A program made the translations under genes and the position numbers. A DNA stretch of 64,000 bases from a virus, in the IMG/VR virus record IMGVR_UViG_3300034152_000478, positions 86,883 to 150,882 of that record; one strand, given 5' to 3'. The notes below the pieces were generated by a model. It had not been told where the DNA came from, ran no database searches, and saw only the letters and a list, made by a program, of their open reading frames with translations. Below, piece after piece: positions 9,924 through 19,383 of the stretch. Position 1 is the first letter of the stretch. Every line of letters starts with the position of its first letter.

Positions 9924-10670
9924 TTAGCCTCCTTTAAGCTTTTTCTTGTTCACTTTCTTGGTAAGAGTCTCGATTGCGTTGGCGGCTTCTTCCTCAGTGA
10001 GGACATCCACCTTGTCGATAGCCCTTCCTACTACTTTAGATACGTCATCCAGCGTAAATAGCCCATTATCTATGAATTTTACCTTAATATGTTGCTTCTG
10101 AATCGGCGTCAAAGGCCCTGTGCGATCCCTAACCTCCTCAAGGGTGCACATTTCAATCCCCAACGCACGCCGCAATGCTCGGCCGAGAGCCCGCGTTTCC
10201 GCCAATGCTGTTGTGTACCGATGAAATCCGTCTCTGGCATTGCCAAGCCGACAATCAGCAGCGCCGCACCAGCTTTGACCATTTCTGAAATAAACAGTCG
10301 CCACCACAGTAGCACTCCATTGATTTTCTTTCTGAGGTGATTGCACCACCTCAACGTCATAGCCATTCATTCCGGCATGCTCTCTTGCGATACGAACCAG
10401 GGCATTTACAGTAATGTAGTCGCTACCGTCGTCACCCTGCTGAATGTCATCATCCCGTAGGAATTCACTATAATCTACTCTGTTTTTTGGCTCTTTCTTA
10501 ATCTCTTTAGATCGAGCCTCAAAGTCATTTTTGATTTCTTCCAAGACGGCTTTTTGTTTGGCCGGGTCGAGTTGACTGAACTTCTCAAAGTTCACAGCAA
10601 TTGTTTCCAGCCGAAGGATCGGGTCGTCGCTTTTTTCCATTTTCACCTCACCGAGTAAAAGGTAATCCAA
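9924..10670 (-). CDS. Single-strand annealing protein (Rad52/ERF-like)
   Basis: YITV..L..IA...ATVVATV...TALAETRALGRALRRALGI motif; start probably MEKSDD. Confidence 0.7.
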   Translation of the reverse strand: MDYLLLGEVKMEKSDDPILRLETIAVNFEKFSQLDPAKQKAVLEEIKNDFEARSKEIKKEPKNRVDYSEFLRDDDIQQGDDGSDYITVNALVRIAREHAGMNGYDVEVVQSPQKENQWSATVVATVYFRNGQSWCGAADCRLGNARDGFHRYTTALAETRALGRALRRALGIEMCTLEEVRDRTGPLTPIQKQHIKVKFIDNGLFTLDDVSKVVGRAIDKVDVLTEEEAANAIETLTKKVNKKKLKGG

Positions 10671-11652
10671 AAACTCCAGTTATCTCATCTGCAGTCAAAA
10701 CATAACTGCCCCTATGTCGCACAGTTCGCGAAGCAGCGTAGTTAGCATGTCGCATTGCATGATACATGCCAAGCCCATCTGCTTTATAACCACTGCGTGC
10801 TAAGGATAGCGCCAGAAATGATATTACTGTATCTCCAGCACCACAAGTATCTGCCACCTCTACTGTGTGTGCCTCTTGATGCTGTAGTAGTTCGCCTCTT
10901 TGGTATAGGTCCATACCGGCAGCCCCTTTTGTGTGTAGTAGGAATGTATCTTCCAGTTGTTCCGAGAGTTCATTGGGCTCCAGGATGGTCTTTTCCATCT
11001 CTGCCTGATTAGGGGTAACAATGGTCAAGCCCTTGATAGATCGATACGTAGGTCGCTTGGGATCAAGTATTGTGAGAACGCCGCGAGCATTGCACAAATC
11101 CACTACGGACTGTATAAAGTCATCGTCAAGAGTACCCTTGTTGTAGTCTGAAAGAATAACCAGGCGCACATTCCACTCAGTTAATAGATGGCCAATTGCT
11201 TCAATCCACTGATCACGCATTAGATCATCGACATTGATTTCATGCGGCTCCAGCTCTTTGTCGAGACGACAGACTTGCTGCCCTGCCCAAACGCGTATCT
11301 TAGTCGGAATAATGTAGTCTGGACAACCGAAGAGGCCACGATCGACAATATTTTGTTCGCGCAACATGAGGCTAAGCTGGGTTTCTTTTAGCGCCAAGTC
11401 GGGCGCTATGTGTCGTTCTTCATCCAGATATATAAAAACACACTGTTGGTCGCGGGCGATCTGGGCTGCGACATTGGCTGCTCCTCCAAGACTGTATTCG
11501 TCTTTGTTGAACAGGCAGACTGGTACCGGCGCTTCTGGACTAATGCGTGTGCTTTTGCAATCCCACTTAACGTCCAGCATGGCATCGCCGATTACCATAA
11601 TACTACTGTCCATCTTTACTCCCCTTGATTGCTCTAAACACATCGCTGACAC
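10648..11652 (-). CDS. HldA/RfaE domain I-like heptose-7-phosphate kinase (PfkB family)
   Basis: IGDAMLD, RISPEAPVPV, LGGAANVA, ILSDYNKG, DPK, TPN, DTCGAGDT; likely start 11613 (MDSSIM). Confidence 0.9.
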   Translation of the reverse strand: MSAMCLEQSRGVKMDSSIMVIGDAMLDVKWDCKSTRISPEAPVPVCLFNKDEYSLGGAANVAAQIARDQQCVFIYLDEERHIAPDLALKETQLSLMLREQNIVDRGLFGCPDYIIPTKIRVWAGQQVCRLDKELEPHEINVDDLMRDQWIEAIGHLLTEWNVRLVILSDYNKGTLDDDFIQSVVDLCNARGVLTILDPKRPTYRSIKGLTIVTPNQAEMEKTILEPNELSEQLEDTFLLHTKGAAGMDLYQRGELLQHQEAHTVEVADTCGAGDTVISFLALSLARSGYKADGLGMYHAMRHANYAASRTVRHRGSYVLTADEITGVFGLPFTR

Positions 11653-12040
11653 TGGTGCCGTTCATGTTCTCAATCATCATGATTTCATCAGCGTATCCAG
11701 CACCGGGCAGATGCGCGACCTGCGTATGTTTAAGTTCGTGTGAGTGAAAAACAATAAGGGAGTTTTCCGAATCTTTAATGCAGCGCTCAAAGAAGTCTTC
11801 AGCGTATCGGTCGAGGTCTGGATCAGAAACAATCTTAACACTATCGACACAACCCAGCTCCAACAGTATCTCACGCCGCTCCATCGCGGTTAGCGGCAGA
11901 CATCCCTTTTTCTTGATGGTGTAGTCGTCGTCATTGATTAGGACGATAAGCGTGTCACAATGTTCCCTACAAACCTGAAGAGTCTTCACATGATGTGGCA
12001 TGAGTAGGGCAAAGCAGCCCATCTTGATTCCGTATCTCAT
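11603..12040 (-). CDS. HldC/RfaE domain II-like nucleotidyltransferase (degenerate HIGH motif)
   Basis: GCFALLMPHHV, DTLIVLINDD, KKG, ERREIL..LGCVD, C-terminal TSVS. Confidence 0.7.
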   Translation of the reverse strand: MRYGIKMGCFALLMPHHVKTLQVCREHCDTLIVLINDDDYTIKKKGCLPLTAMERREILLELGCVDSVKIVSDPDLDRYAEDFFERCIKDSENSLIVFHSHELKHTQVAHLPGAGYADEIMMIENMNGTSVSDVFRAIKGSKDGQ

Positions 12041-12477
12041 CTGTTGTCAGGACTCCTGCTTTTAGTGAAGCGGTAGCTATCTGCCGGATCGTCGTGGGTA
12101 GATGCTTCGATAAAAACATTCAACTGCCCAAGACCCGTAAAACGATGAGGAACAAGATGGTTAATATACACTGCAGCAGTGCCATATTTCTCATCTAAAA
12201 CAAGAATTTGATCGGGCTTTGTTAGATCAACTCCATGAGCCTCTGGAACCAGCAAACCCTCCTCATCGCGCAACCCTGGAGGACAGACTAATTCCTCCCA
12301 GAGTTCTATCATAATAACGCCTTTAGTGACAATGAACATCTCTTTCTTCACATGATGAAAATGCACACTACACTGAGCCCCTTGATCTACGCCCATTCTT
12401 TTAACACAAAATTCCTTGTTGCGTAGATGGCTCTCATAGCCCCATACTTTATCGACGTGTTTAGTTTCAGGCATCAT
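12037..12477 (-). CDS. Cupin, sugar-isomerase-like
   Basis: VDKVWGYE, CSVHFHHVKKEMF, PHRF, EASTHD..DSYR. Confidence 0.8.
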   Translation of the reverse strand: MMPETKHVDKVWGYESHLRNKEFCVKRMGVDQGAQCSVHFHHVKKEMFIVTKGVIMIELWEELVCPPGLRDEEGLLVPEAHGVDLTKPDQILVLDEKYGTAAVYINHLVPHRFTGLGQLNVFIEASTHDDPADSYRFTKSRSPDNR

Positions 12478-13004
12478 ACAGGATAAACCTCCAGGAGGTA
12501 TTCCATGGCATCTTCAAGCGTAGGTACGACAAGCGAGGCCGCCTGCGTTACGAAGGCGTGGTCGTGGCAATTGCCCTTGTCTTCCATGATGACGAGACAT
12601 ATCTTGCCAAGCTTTTCGGCCCAGGCCAGCTCGAACATGGTTCCAATGCTGACAGTCTCAGCCTGAGCCAGATTGAAGATAACAATGTCAGCTCGCTCCA
12701 CATCACACTTATCTCGACGGTAGATAGCCTGGTCTGAGGAAATACCAAGTCGGTCACCGCCCGGCGTATTATCTTGCGGATGAGCCTTAAGCTTCCTCTT
12801 GCGACTTAGGAATTCTTTGCCACGCATGGGTGAGTATGCTTTGTAATGGCCGCTCTCTTCCAGCTCTTTCTTTACCTGCTGCCTCCAGCCAGTACAACCC
12901 TTATAGCTGAGTCCCGTAATAGGACCGGCCAGATACACCATCAATCTTGCTTCTCTATCCAGCATGTTAGCCTCCTTTAGACTATAAACAGTTTCTCTTT
13001 CCAA
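12474..13004 (-). CDS. Nucleoside 2-deoxyribosyltransferase-like protein (second copy)
   Basis: VYLAGPI, WR, SPMRGK, RDKCDVERADIV, SIGTMFELAWA. Confidence 0.85.
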   Translation of the reverse strand: MERETVYSLKEANMLDREARLMVYLAGPITGLSYKGCTGWRQQVKKELEESGHYKAYSPMRGKEFLSRKRKLKAHPQDNTPGGDRLGISSDQAIYRRDKCDVERADIVIFNLAQAETVSIGTMFELAWAEKLGKICLVIMEDKGNCHDHAFVTQAASLVVPTLEDAMEYLLEVYPV

Positions 13005-13390
13005 TCTTTTGGATTAAGGTCTCTGAATTTTCGACAAGTGTAATTCGTACCTCCGCTGGCCTTGATATCAAATGGCAATACAGCACATGCTATTAAGATA
13101 TCGCAATAGGCCGCTATTTCATTGTTTCTCTCATAGTAGCGCTGAGGGCTCGGCTTATGATTACTTGGTGGAAATATGAGTTTCGGTATCCCATATTCAT
13201 CTGCGATTTGCTCAGCAAACTTGTCGCCTCCCTCAGGACAACCTCCGGAGCATATCCAATCACCTTCTTTGTAAAACTCCCAGAATTTCATTAGAATGCA
13301 AGTCAGATCCTTGCCTTCGTTACGTTTACGTGAACCAATGATGCCGATTACTTTACTTGCAGCATTCCTGGAGGAGATTAACAATATCAT
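12977..13390 (-). CDS. SLOG-superfamily (DprA/YspA-like) protein
   Basis: IGIIGSR, SGGCPEGGD, RNNEIA..CD.LIA, SGGT. Confidence 0.75.
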   Translation of the reverse strand: MILLISSRNAASKVIGIIGSRKRNEGKDLTCILMKFWEFYKEGDWICSGGCPEGGDKFAEQIADEYGIPKLIFPPSNHKPSPQRYYERNNEIAAYCDILIACAVLPFDIKASGGTNYTCRKFRDLNPKDWKEKLFIV

Positions 13391-13687
13391 TTAGCTATCG
13401 TCAGCAAAAATGCCAACGTCTCCGTTCTCTTCGATCTTCACATCTTCATAAGGGCCAGCCACCTTGCGGTAGACTTCCAGCTTGGCGCATTCCAGAACGC
13501 CTACAATCTGCTGAATGCGAGCATAGCGTACACCGGGAGTCAGGATCAGGCGGTGCACAATCTCAGTAATGACATAGTTCAGAACTCCGTCATACTGATC
13601 TTCAGGAATGGCTGTGGTGATTCTATTGACCAGCTCCTGGATCTCATCCTCTAAAACTGTTCGTTGGGTTTGTTTGATGTACGGCAT
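13391..13687 (-). CDS. Conserved phage protein (DUF6899-like)
   Basis: MPYIK...GVLNYVIT...GVLECAKLEVYRKVAGPYED.KI.ENGDV. Confidence 0.75.
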   Translation of the reverse strand: MPYIKQTQRTVLEDEIQELVNRITTAIPEDQYDGVLNYVITEIVHRLILTPGVRYARIQQIVGVLECAKLEVYRKVAGPYEDVKIEENGDVGIFADDS

Positions 13688-13690
13688 AAA

Positions 13691-14089
13691 CTACTCCTTT
13701 ACTGGCTTTTCTTCTCGTAACAAATCTCCTCTATGCTCTAAACAGGCTATTGTAAGAGCAGCTACTTTTACTAAGTCTTTAAGCACTTCTTCTTCATGAA
13801 CTATTTGAGCATTGGATGGATTTTCCTTGTAAGCATCTAATACGAGCCTTCCGCCAGCTCCTCCGAGAAACTTACTCTTAGCTCTATTAAGATAGGCTTC
13901 TATATAAAGAACCCATTGAGCTACATGGTTCAATTCGTCAAAAGACAGAGTATTTTCTGGTCTGTCACTATCATACATAGAATTTTGATAGGATCTTTCC
14001 TTATTGATTAATTCGAACACTTCTTCTCTTTTCATGTTTTCTCCTAAAAGTTCTGACTGATAACTGTACCGAACGGTGCCGTACCCCAT
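13691..14089 (-). CDS. Hypothetical, MazG-like all-alpha protein
   Basis: I.KERSYQ...W...LVKVAALTIACLE; likely start MKREEV. Confidence 0.5.
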   Translation of the reverse strand: MGYGTVRYSYQSELLGENMKREEVFELINKERSYQNSMYDSDRPENTLSFDELNHVAQWVLYIEAYLNRAKSKFLGGAGGRLVLDAYKENPSNAQIVHEEEVLKDLVKVAALTIACLEHRGDLLREEKPVKE

Positions 14090-14889
14090 TTGCCTGCTCT
14101 ATTTCGTGCAACCACTGCTTCAATGTTCTTCAGCTTCTCCTCAAATATCTTGTGATTGCGAGCCGAGTTTCTTGCCATATTCATATGTGCTACACCATGC
14201 CAAAGATGAATGGCAGAAAAGTCTTCGTAGCAGGCTTTATAATCCTGGAGACCGACTTCACGCAAGGCATAAACCCACCAGTCCTCATCTCTCGCCCAGT
14301 TCTTTCCGGCGAAATCTTCATCGTATCCACCAGCTTCAATAGCCGCTTCTCTTGGGTAAGCTACGATCCAACCAGATTTTGGTGATCTTATTGGAATTTT
14401 GAATTGGTCGTACATTTCCAGGATGTTGGCTTCTCTGCATACTTTTTCGTGCAAAAGAAACTCATTCACTCTGGTCGGCTTGAATGCAGTGCTCTCTGAG
14501 GAATCCCACACCATGGCAAAGTTCAGGGCATTATCAACGCCCTCGCGGTATGGCTCCAAGGCATAGTATATAAAGTCTTCGCTGATCCAGTGATCGGCAT
14601 CAGTAGTGCAACACACTTCTCCGATGGCGTGACGAAGGCAGATGTTACGAGGCAAGCTTGGATTAGTCCATCCATTGAATGGCACGAAGATGTAGTGTAA
14701 TTTGAATGGCGCGGTGTTGAGATACCCCTCCATGAATTCCCTTGTTCCATCCGGGCTGTTGCCATCAAGCACGATACATTCAAAATCAATACCAGGATTG
14801 CGTATTTTGTTAAGCTCTAACCGAGCCAAGAATGCTTTTAGATGTGGTAGCCTATGATATGTCGTATGGATAATTGAAAGCTGTGTCAT
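14044..14889 (-). CDS. Glycosyltransferase family 2 (GT7C-like C-terminus)
   Basis: SIIHTTY, LDGNSPDGT, RN..LRHA.G, DADH, GGYDEDF..W..ED, HLWH. Confidence 0.85.
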   Translation of the reverse strand: MTQLSIIHTTYHRLPHLKAFLARLELNKIRNPGIDFECIVLDGNSPDGTREFMEGYLNTAPFKLHYIFVPFNGWTNPSLPRNICLRHAIGEVCCTTDADHWISEDFIYYALEPYREGVDNALNFAMVWDSSESTAFKPTRVNEFLLHEKVCREANILEMYDQFKIPIRSPKSGWIVAYPREAAIEAGGYDEDFAGKNWARDEDWWVYALREVGLQDYKACYEDFSAIHLWHGVAHMNMARNSARNHKIFEEKLKNIEAVVARNRAGKWGTAPFGTVISQNF

Positions 14890-15542
14890 TCAGGAAACTC
14901 CAAGTTGAGAGGCGGTTGAAGCACCAGCATCTCTGGATTAAAAACAGTTGGCACATGCGCGTGGAGTAGGCCGTAGATAAATTGCGCTATCTGACGTATT
15001 TCCCATTGCGCATGCTTGTCGAGACGAAGGCGCAAAAAATCCCACCAGCCCTGCAATGTGCCGCTTACCACCATTTGTGTTTTGCATGCATTTGGCAGCA
15101 CGAATCTGGCATCTTCTCTTTTGAATTTTTCTCTTAGCTCATTATAGAATTGCCAAAGCCTCAGCATACATCGGTGGAATAGCTCTGGCATAGCGCCCTT
15201 GTCAGTTCTTATACTATCAGGCAGAACATACTCTGGAAAGTCTTCTGCACACCAGCGCTGGCTGCGCTGAAGGTATCTAAGGTGGGCATGTCTGACAAGC
15301 TGATGGCTGCAGGCGCGACTAATGCCGCTAATCACGAAGGAACAGTGAGCATGGCTGAGAATGGAGAAATGACCTTCTCTAAGTCTGGCGGGAAGGAATC
15401 GCTTATACGAATCCTCGGTCATTTTGTGCAGCGTATTGTAACAGAAGCGAGCACAATATTCGAGGTGTCGCTCAACATCGGGGGTGAGCCCACGAATGCT
15501 CACAGATGGGTCCATGAGCTGTAGATATCCACTTGTCTCCAT
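14886..15542 (-). CDS. thyX: Flavin-dependent thymidylate synthase
   Basis: GHFSILSH, ISRACSHQLVRH...SQR, EDARFVLPNA, LRLDKHAQWEIR. Confidence 0.93.
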   Translation of the reverse strand: METSGYLQLMDPSVSIRGLTPDVERHLEYCARFCYNTLHKMTEDSYKRFLPARLREGHFSILSHAHCSFVISGISRACSHQLVRHAHLRYLQRSQRWCAEDFPEYVLPDSIRTDKGAMPELFHRCMLRLWQFYNELREKFKREDARFVLPNACKTQMVVSGTLQGWWDFLRLRLDKHAQWEIRQIAQFIYGLLHAHVPTVFNPEMLVLQPPLNLEFPE

Positions 15543-15565
15543 TTTCTATCCTTGCTGGCCGATTC

Positions 15566-16117
15566 TTACGGCTTTCGCCAGGTTATACATATCACCTTGG
15601 CTATAATGTCCTTCTTCTTGATCGGCCCATAGTCGCGTGAGTCCATGGACCTTTGACGATTATCCCCCATGACCCAGTATTCATTTGATCCCAGCGTATA
15701 AGTTCTCGATCGTACTTTTAGCGGCTTGTAGTCATAAAGGTATGGCTCCTCCAGAACCTTTTCTCGTCCTCGAATTGACTGAACGATAATACCACTCTTG
15801 TTGACCGTAACAGTTTCGCCAGGCAGCCCTATTACCCGCTTGATCACATCCACATCAGGACGATTGATCGTTATAATGTCTCCTCTATCCACATTGGTTG
15901 TGAGATAAGTGACACACATGTCCCCATGATTCAAAGCAGGAAACATCGAAAAGCCTGATACCTGACAAAGACGAATCTTACATAGTATGAATATGGCCAC
16001 GGAAAGCAGGATGGCCAATCTGATCCATTGTGTGATGTTAGTTTTTGCGCGGCAGCCTTTTGAGTTGGTCGAGGATTTTTCCTGCATCATTTGCAAAGCC
16101 TCCCGTGTAACACGCAA
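15566..16117 (-). CDS. lepB: Signal peptidase I
   Basis: TM segment, SGFSMFPAL (Ser), IKRVIGLPGE (Lys), MGDNR..SMDSRDYG; start uncertain. Confidence 0.9.
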   Translation of the reverse strand: MRVTREALQMMQEKSSTNSKGCRAKTNITQWIRLAILLSVAIFILCKIRLCQVSGFSMFPALNHGDMCVTYLTTNVDRGDIITINRPDVDVIKRVIGLPGETVTVNKSGIIVQSIRGREKVLEEPYLYDYKPLKVRSRTYTLGSNEYWVMGDNRQRSMDSRDYGPIKKKDIIAKVICITWRKP

Positions 16118-16814
16118 CTGAACAACGGTTTAAATCTGCACTCCAATAAGCTTCTATCAATTGCGGCTCATGAAACAGGATAATGTTGGGTACGTTGTAT
16201 ATGAATGCCGCGTAGCCGAGTAGTCCATCGGGCGCTATAACTAAGCTGGCTCCCAGTGTGTATCGCAATGCTTCCAGCAGGGAAGTCTTGCCACGATGGT
16301 CCTCTATAATACTATCGGTCCAATTTGCTGGTCGACTACCAACTTTTTTCCCTAAAAGCACAATTTTTTTGCCGATAAATTCAGCCAGCTCATTAATACA
16401 TTTGTTTGTGAGCCCCCTTGTGCCACCTCCGCCATCGGCCACCAGGGCCACGTAGTCGCCGCGTGATACTTCTACGATCGGCATGGGTACGTCAATACAT
16501 AGAGCGTCCACGCACGTTGTGAGGGCTGTAGCGACGTTCCAGACGCGCTTAGGAACCACACTCCAGAACTGGCCATTTGGATAGCTATTGACAGTGTATT
16601 GTAAACATACACCATAGCCACGAGCAGCCTGAGAGACCAGTTGCCAATATTCTCTCAATGGCTCTTCGTATGTGCTGGCCCTACGCTCAGCCTCGAAGTG
16701 GTCGTAATAGACTCGCTGCCCAGGAGGTACGGTGCGACGGATGATGTTTAGTAGCTTGCAGCTTAAGATGACACTATCACCCAAGCCTCCGCTACCTATG
16801 AATCTCGTCTGCAT
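16038..16814 (-). CDS. Glycosyltransferase family 9 (heptosyltransferase-like)
   Basis: GGLGD at N-terminus; DHRGKTSLLEA...ASLVIAPDG...A...NVPNIILF. Confidence 0.7.
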   Translation of the reverse strand: MQTRFIGSGGLGDSVILSCKLLNIIRRTVPPGQRVYYDHFEAERRASTYEEPLREYWQLVSQAARGYGVCLQYTVNSYPNGQFWSVVPKRVWNVATALTTCVDALCIDVPMPIVEVSRGDYVALVADGGGGTRGLTNKCINELAEFIGKKIVLLGKKVGSRPANWTDSIIEDHRGKTSLLEALRYTLGASLVIAPDGLLGYAAFIYNVPNIILFHEPQLIEAYWSADLNRCSVACYTGGFANDAGKILDQLKRLPRKN

Positions 16815-17458
16815 TATTCAAAGTACTCCAACTGAGGAAAAAGCGTCGTCGGATCTTCGTGGTAATGATAATGTATCTTGCCAACCCAGTAGTGACGGAT
16901 CTCCCAAATGTGCCTGAAGCCTCTCTGTCCGTGTCCTTCCCACATGGCATTGAATACCGGATCTCGGAAAAGTTTCTGTTCAAACAGCTCTGCCATTCGC
17001 TGCAGAACGCTATATTGTGGTCGCTTTGCTATATGTAGTACGCCCTCTATCAGCCTACATAGATTCACATGGCCAAAATGTGGCTTGGCTGTCATGAATT
17101 CGAAGTCGCTACCAGGCAGCGCAAAGAAGCCTCGTTTGCATGTACGATTTATCTGCCTAATGGCCGCAGGTAGGTCTTCAATGTGCTCAAATGTGTGACT
17201 CGAATACATAAAGTCGAAGTAGTTGTCTGGATAATCACGCAGCACTGAGACTGCATCGCCCTCCAGCAACTCTCTATCTCCGACATTCAATCCACGTCTA
17301 TGTCTCTGGGCGTTCGTGTCCACCATGTCGATGATGTGCGTCGCCTTCGGATATGGCTTATCACCTCCACCAATATCCACAACACGATCATTAGGCCCAA
17401 TTCCGAAATCAATATGTAAAAGGCCAGCATATCGTCCGTCTCCTGTGAAGAGTTTCAT
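16814..17458 (-). CDS. Class I SAM-dependent methyltransferase
   Basis: VVDIGGG; FDFMYSSHTFEHIED. Confidence 0.85.
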   Translation of the reverse strand: MKLFTGDGRYAGLLHIDFGIGPNDRVVDIGGGDKPYPKATHIIDMVDTNAQRHRRGLNVGDRELLEGDAVSVLRDYPDNYFDFMYSSHTFEHIEDLPAAIRQINRTCKRGFFALPGSDFEFMTAKPHFGHVNLCRLIEGVLHIAKRPQYSVLQRMAELFEQKLFRDPVFNAMWEGHGQRGFRHIWEIRHYWVGKIHYHYHEDPTTLFPQLEYFE

Positions 17459-18324
17459 TTAACTCTCCTCGATAGAAAATCTGGCAGAGTAGGCGATTGA
17501 AAACCTGCGGCTCCTTTGTGACCTCCTCCACCTCTTGCCTTGCACATTTCTCCGCACTCAACATGCTCTTTGTTGCTATACAGTGACATTGTGTATTGGT
17601 TGCCATCAAAGACGAATGAAACGCAGAGATCATACTCGTCCAGAAGACCACCAAAAGCCAGAGAAGAAGCTCGACCGAGATTTATTGCAAACACACTGTA
17701 GTCTTCCAACTCAGTTTCAAATCCCCACGATTTCACATATTCCTTGTAAAACTGACTCTGGAATTTCTGTGCGATTTTCCCAGCTTCTATACAGTCTGTC
17801 ACTGCTTCCAGTGCTGCCTCTTGGCTGTAGTCAATAGCGAAAAGCTTGCTCCACACTTCCTCTTCGGGACCAGTTTCTCCCATCTCTATGCCCATTTTGA
17901 ATGGAATAGTATCTTCAATGGAATGAATCCAGCGATCCCAGTCATCAACGATTCTCAGCGCAAAAGGAATACTCACTTGCGGCATTATATATTGCCAGGT
18001 CAACAATGCGCCACATCCATCTTCGCTGCGTACACCAGGTAGACTGTGTTGTACGCCTTCTGGATCACCCTTAATAGCTGTCTTATGATGGTCAATCCAC
18101 GTTACATGTCGAGTTATAGCCAACAGCTTGTCCCAATCGCCGGGTTTTTGCAATGAGAAATCTATAATCCAAACTTCTTCGCCAGGCTCAATGTCATCAA
18201 ATGGCACTTCCCTATTGTAATCCATTTCCACAAACTTAATTGTGTACTCTTGGTGGCTTAAGCTTAGGCGAACCACGGCAGCAGCCGCACGTCCATCAAG
18301 ATCATTGTGATGTAGAACTATCAT
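17455..18324 (-). CDS. DHH/DHHA1 phosphoesterase
   Basis: HNDLDG, IDFS, IDHH, GGGGHKGAAGF. Confidence 0.9.
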   Translation of the reverse strand: MIVLHHNDLDGRAAAAVVRLSLSHQEYTIKFVEMDYNREVPFDDIEPGEEVWIIDFSLQKPGDWDKLLAITRHVTWIDHHKTAIKGDPEGVQHSLPGVRSEDGCGALLTWQYIMPQVSIPFALRIVDDWDRWIHSIEDTIPFKMGIEMGETGPEEEVWSKLFAIDYSQEAALEAVTDCIEAGKIAQKFQSQFYKEYVKSWGFETELEDYSVFAINLGRASSLAFGGLLDEYDLCVSFVFDGNQYTMSLYSNKEHVECGEMCKARGGGGHKGAAGFQSPTLPDFLSRRVK

Positions 18325-18652
18325 CTTGTTCCTCTCTCAGATTGTTTAGTAGATCATCCAGAATCATCTTTACTTCTTGTCCAGGTCCTTCGTTGGCTAT
18401 TATCCAGTCCCGCTGTAGGACGATGGCTCGATCACTATGGTGTCGCTTCCAAAATGCGGCATCCATTTCGAAAGGCATCCAACCAAAGCAGCGTATGCGC
18501 AACAGCCTTCCCTCCTTGAAGAAGCCTGATGGTATATCTATTTTGCCATCCTCTGGAATCTCATCACAAAATATCAATTCGCTATTAACAGGCTTCTCAA
18601 AGTTAGGTTGCACGATAGCAATGATTGCACCCGGCAATGTTCGCACAATCAT
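18302..18652 (-). CDS. Hypothetical protein
   Basis: ORF tiled in operon. Confidence 0.5.
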   Translation of the reverse strand: MIVRTLPGAIIAIVQPNFEKPVNSELIFCDEIPEDGKIDIPSGFFKEGRLLRIRCFGWMPFEMDAAFWKRHHSDRAIVLQRDWIIANEGPGQEVKMILDDLLNNLREEQDDSSTSQ

Positions 18653-19383
18653 ATGATCTTCCTCTTTTTGAGATATTTAACAACTTGCTTTACGCACTGC
18701 TCAACAGTTTTCGATTCTGTATCTAATTTAAGCTCTGCTTCATAAGGTATTTCATATGGATCATCCACGCCAGTAAAACCCATTATTTCGCCACGTCTTG
18801 CTTTGGCGTACATACCTTTCACATCGCGACGCTCACATTCTTCAACTGAGCAATCAGCATAAACCTCAATGAAGTTGTACATGCGTTGGCGTAGTTCTTC
18901 ACGTGCCTCGCGGAAAGGCGATATGAAAGTACATATAGTAACTACTCCATTGCGAGCTAAGCGCTCAGCCACAAAACGAATGCGTTGCAAGTTCTCTGCT
19001 CGATCTTCTTTTGAAAAGCCCAGATCAGATGTCAAGTCTTCCCGTACAATATCTCCATCCAGACGTTCAACTTTGACACCAGCTTGTCTTAGTCGTTCGG
19101 CTGTGGCATCTCCAACGGTAGTTTTGCCAGAACAAGGCAGTCCCGTGAACCAAAGCACACAGCCAGTATCTGTCGTCACCGAGAATAGCTTATTGAAAAC
19201 GCAGTCGTATGCAAAGTATACTCCAGTTTTTGCTGTTTCCATTAAAAGACTAAACGTCACAGCCACATGAACGCTGCCAGTCAGGATGAATGACCCAATG
19301 AATTGGAATATCAGTGCAAATATTCTGTAGAGCCCAGCTTTAGTGAGTAGAATTCTGGGCTGAAGTTTTCTCCAATTCTTCAT
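18649..19383 (-). CDS. cysC: Adenylyl-sulfate (APS) kinase with N-terminal DUF2061-like membrane domain
   Basis: WFTGLPCSGKTT, LDGDIVR, LGFSKEDR, FISPF, RDVKGMY, FTGVDDPYE; two hydrophobic helices at N-terminus. Confidence 0.93.
   Translation of the reverse strand: MKNWRKLQPRILLTKAGLYRIFALIFQFIGSFILTGSVHVAVTFSLLMETAKTGVYFAYDCVFNKLFSVTTDTGCVLWFTGLPCSGKTTVGDATAERLRQAGVKVERLDGDIVREDLTSDLGFSKEDRAENLQRIRFVAERLARNGVVTICTFISPFREAREELRQRMYNFIEVYADCSVEECERRDVKGMYAKARRGEIMGFTGVDDPYEIPYEAELKLDTESKTVEQCVKQVVKYLKKRKII

Noticed and set aside
14886-15542. ThyX motif reads RHA rather than RHR
   Set aside because: All other ThyX motifs are intact; one substitution does not support altered function
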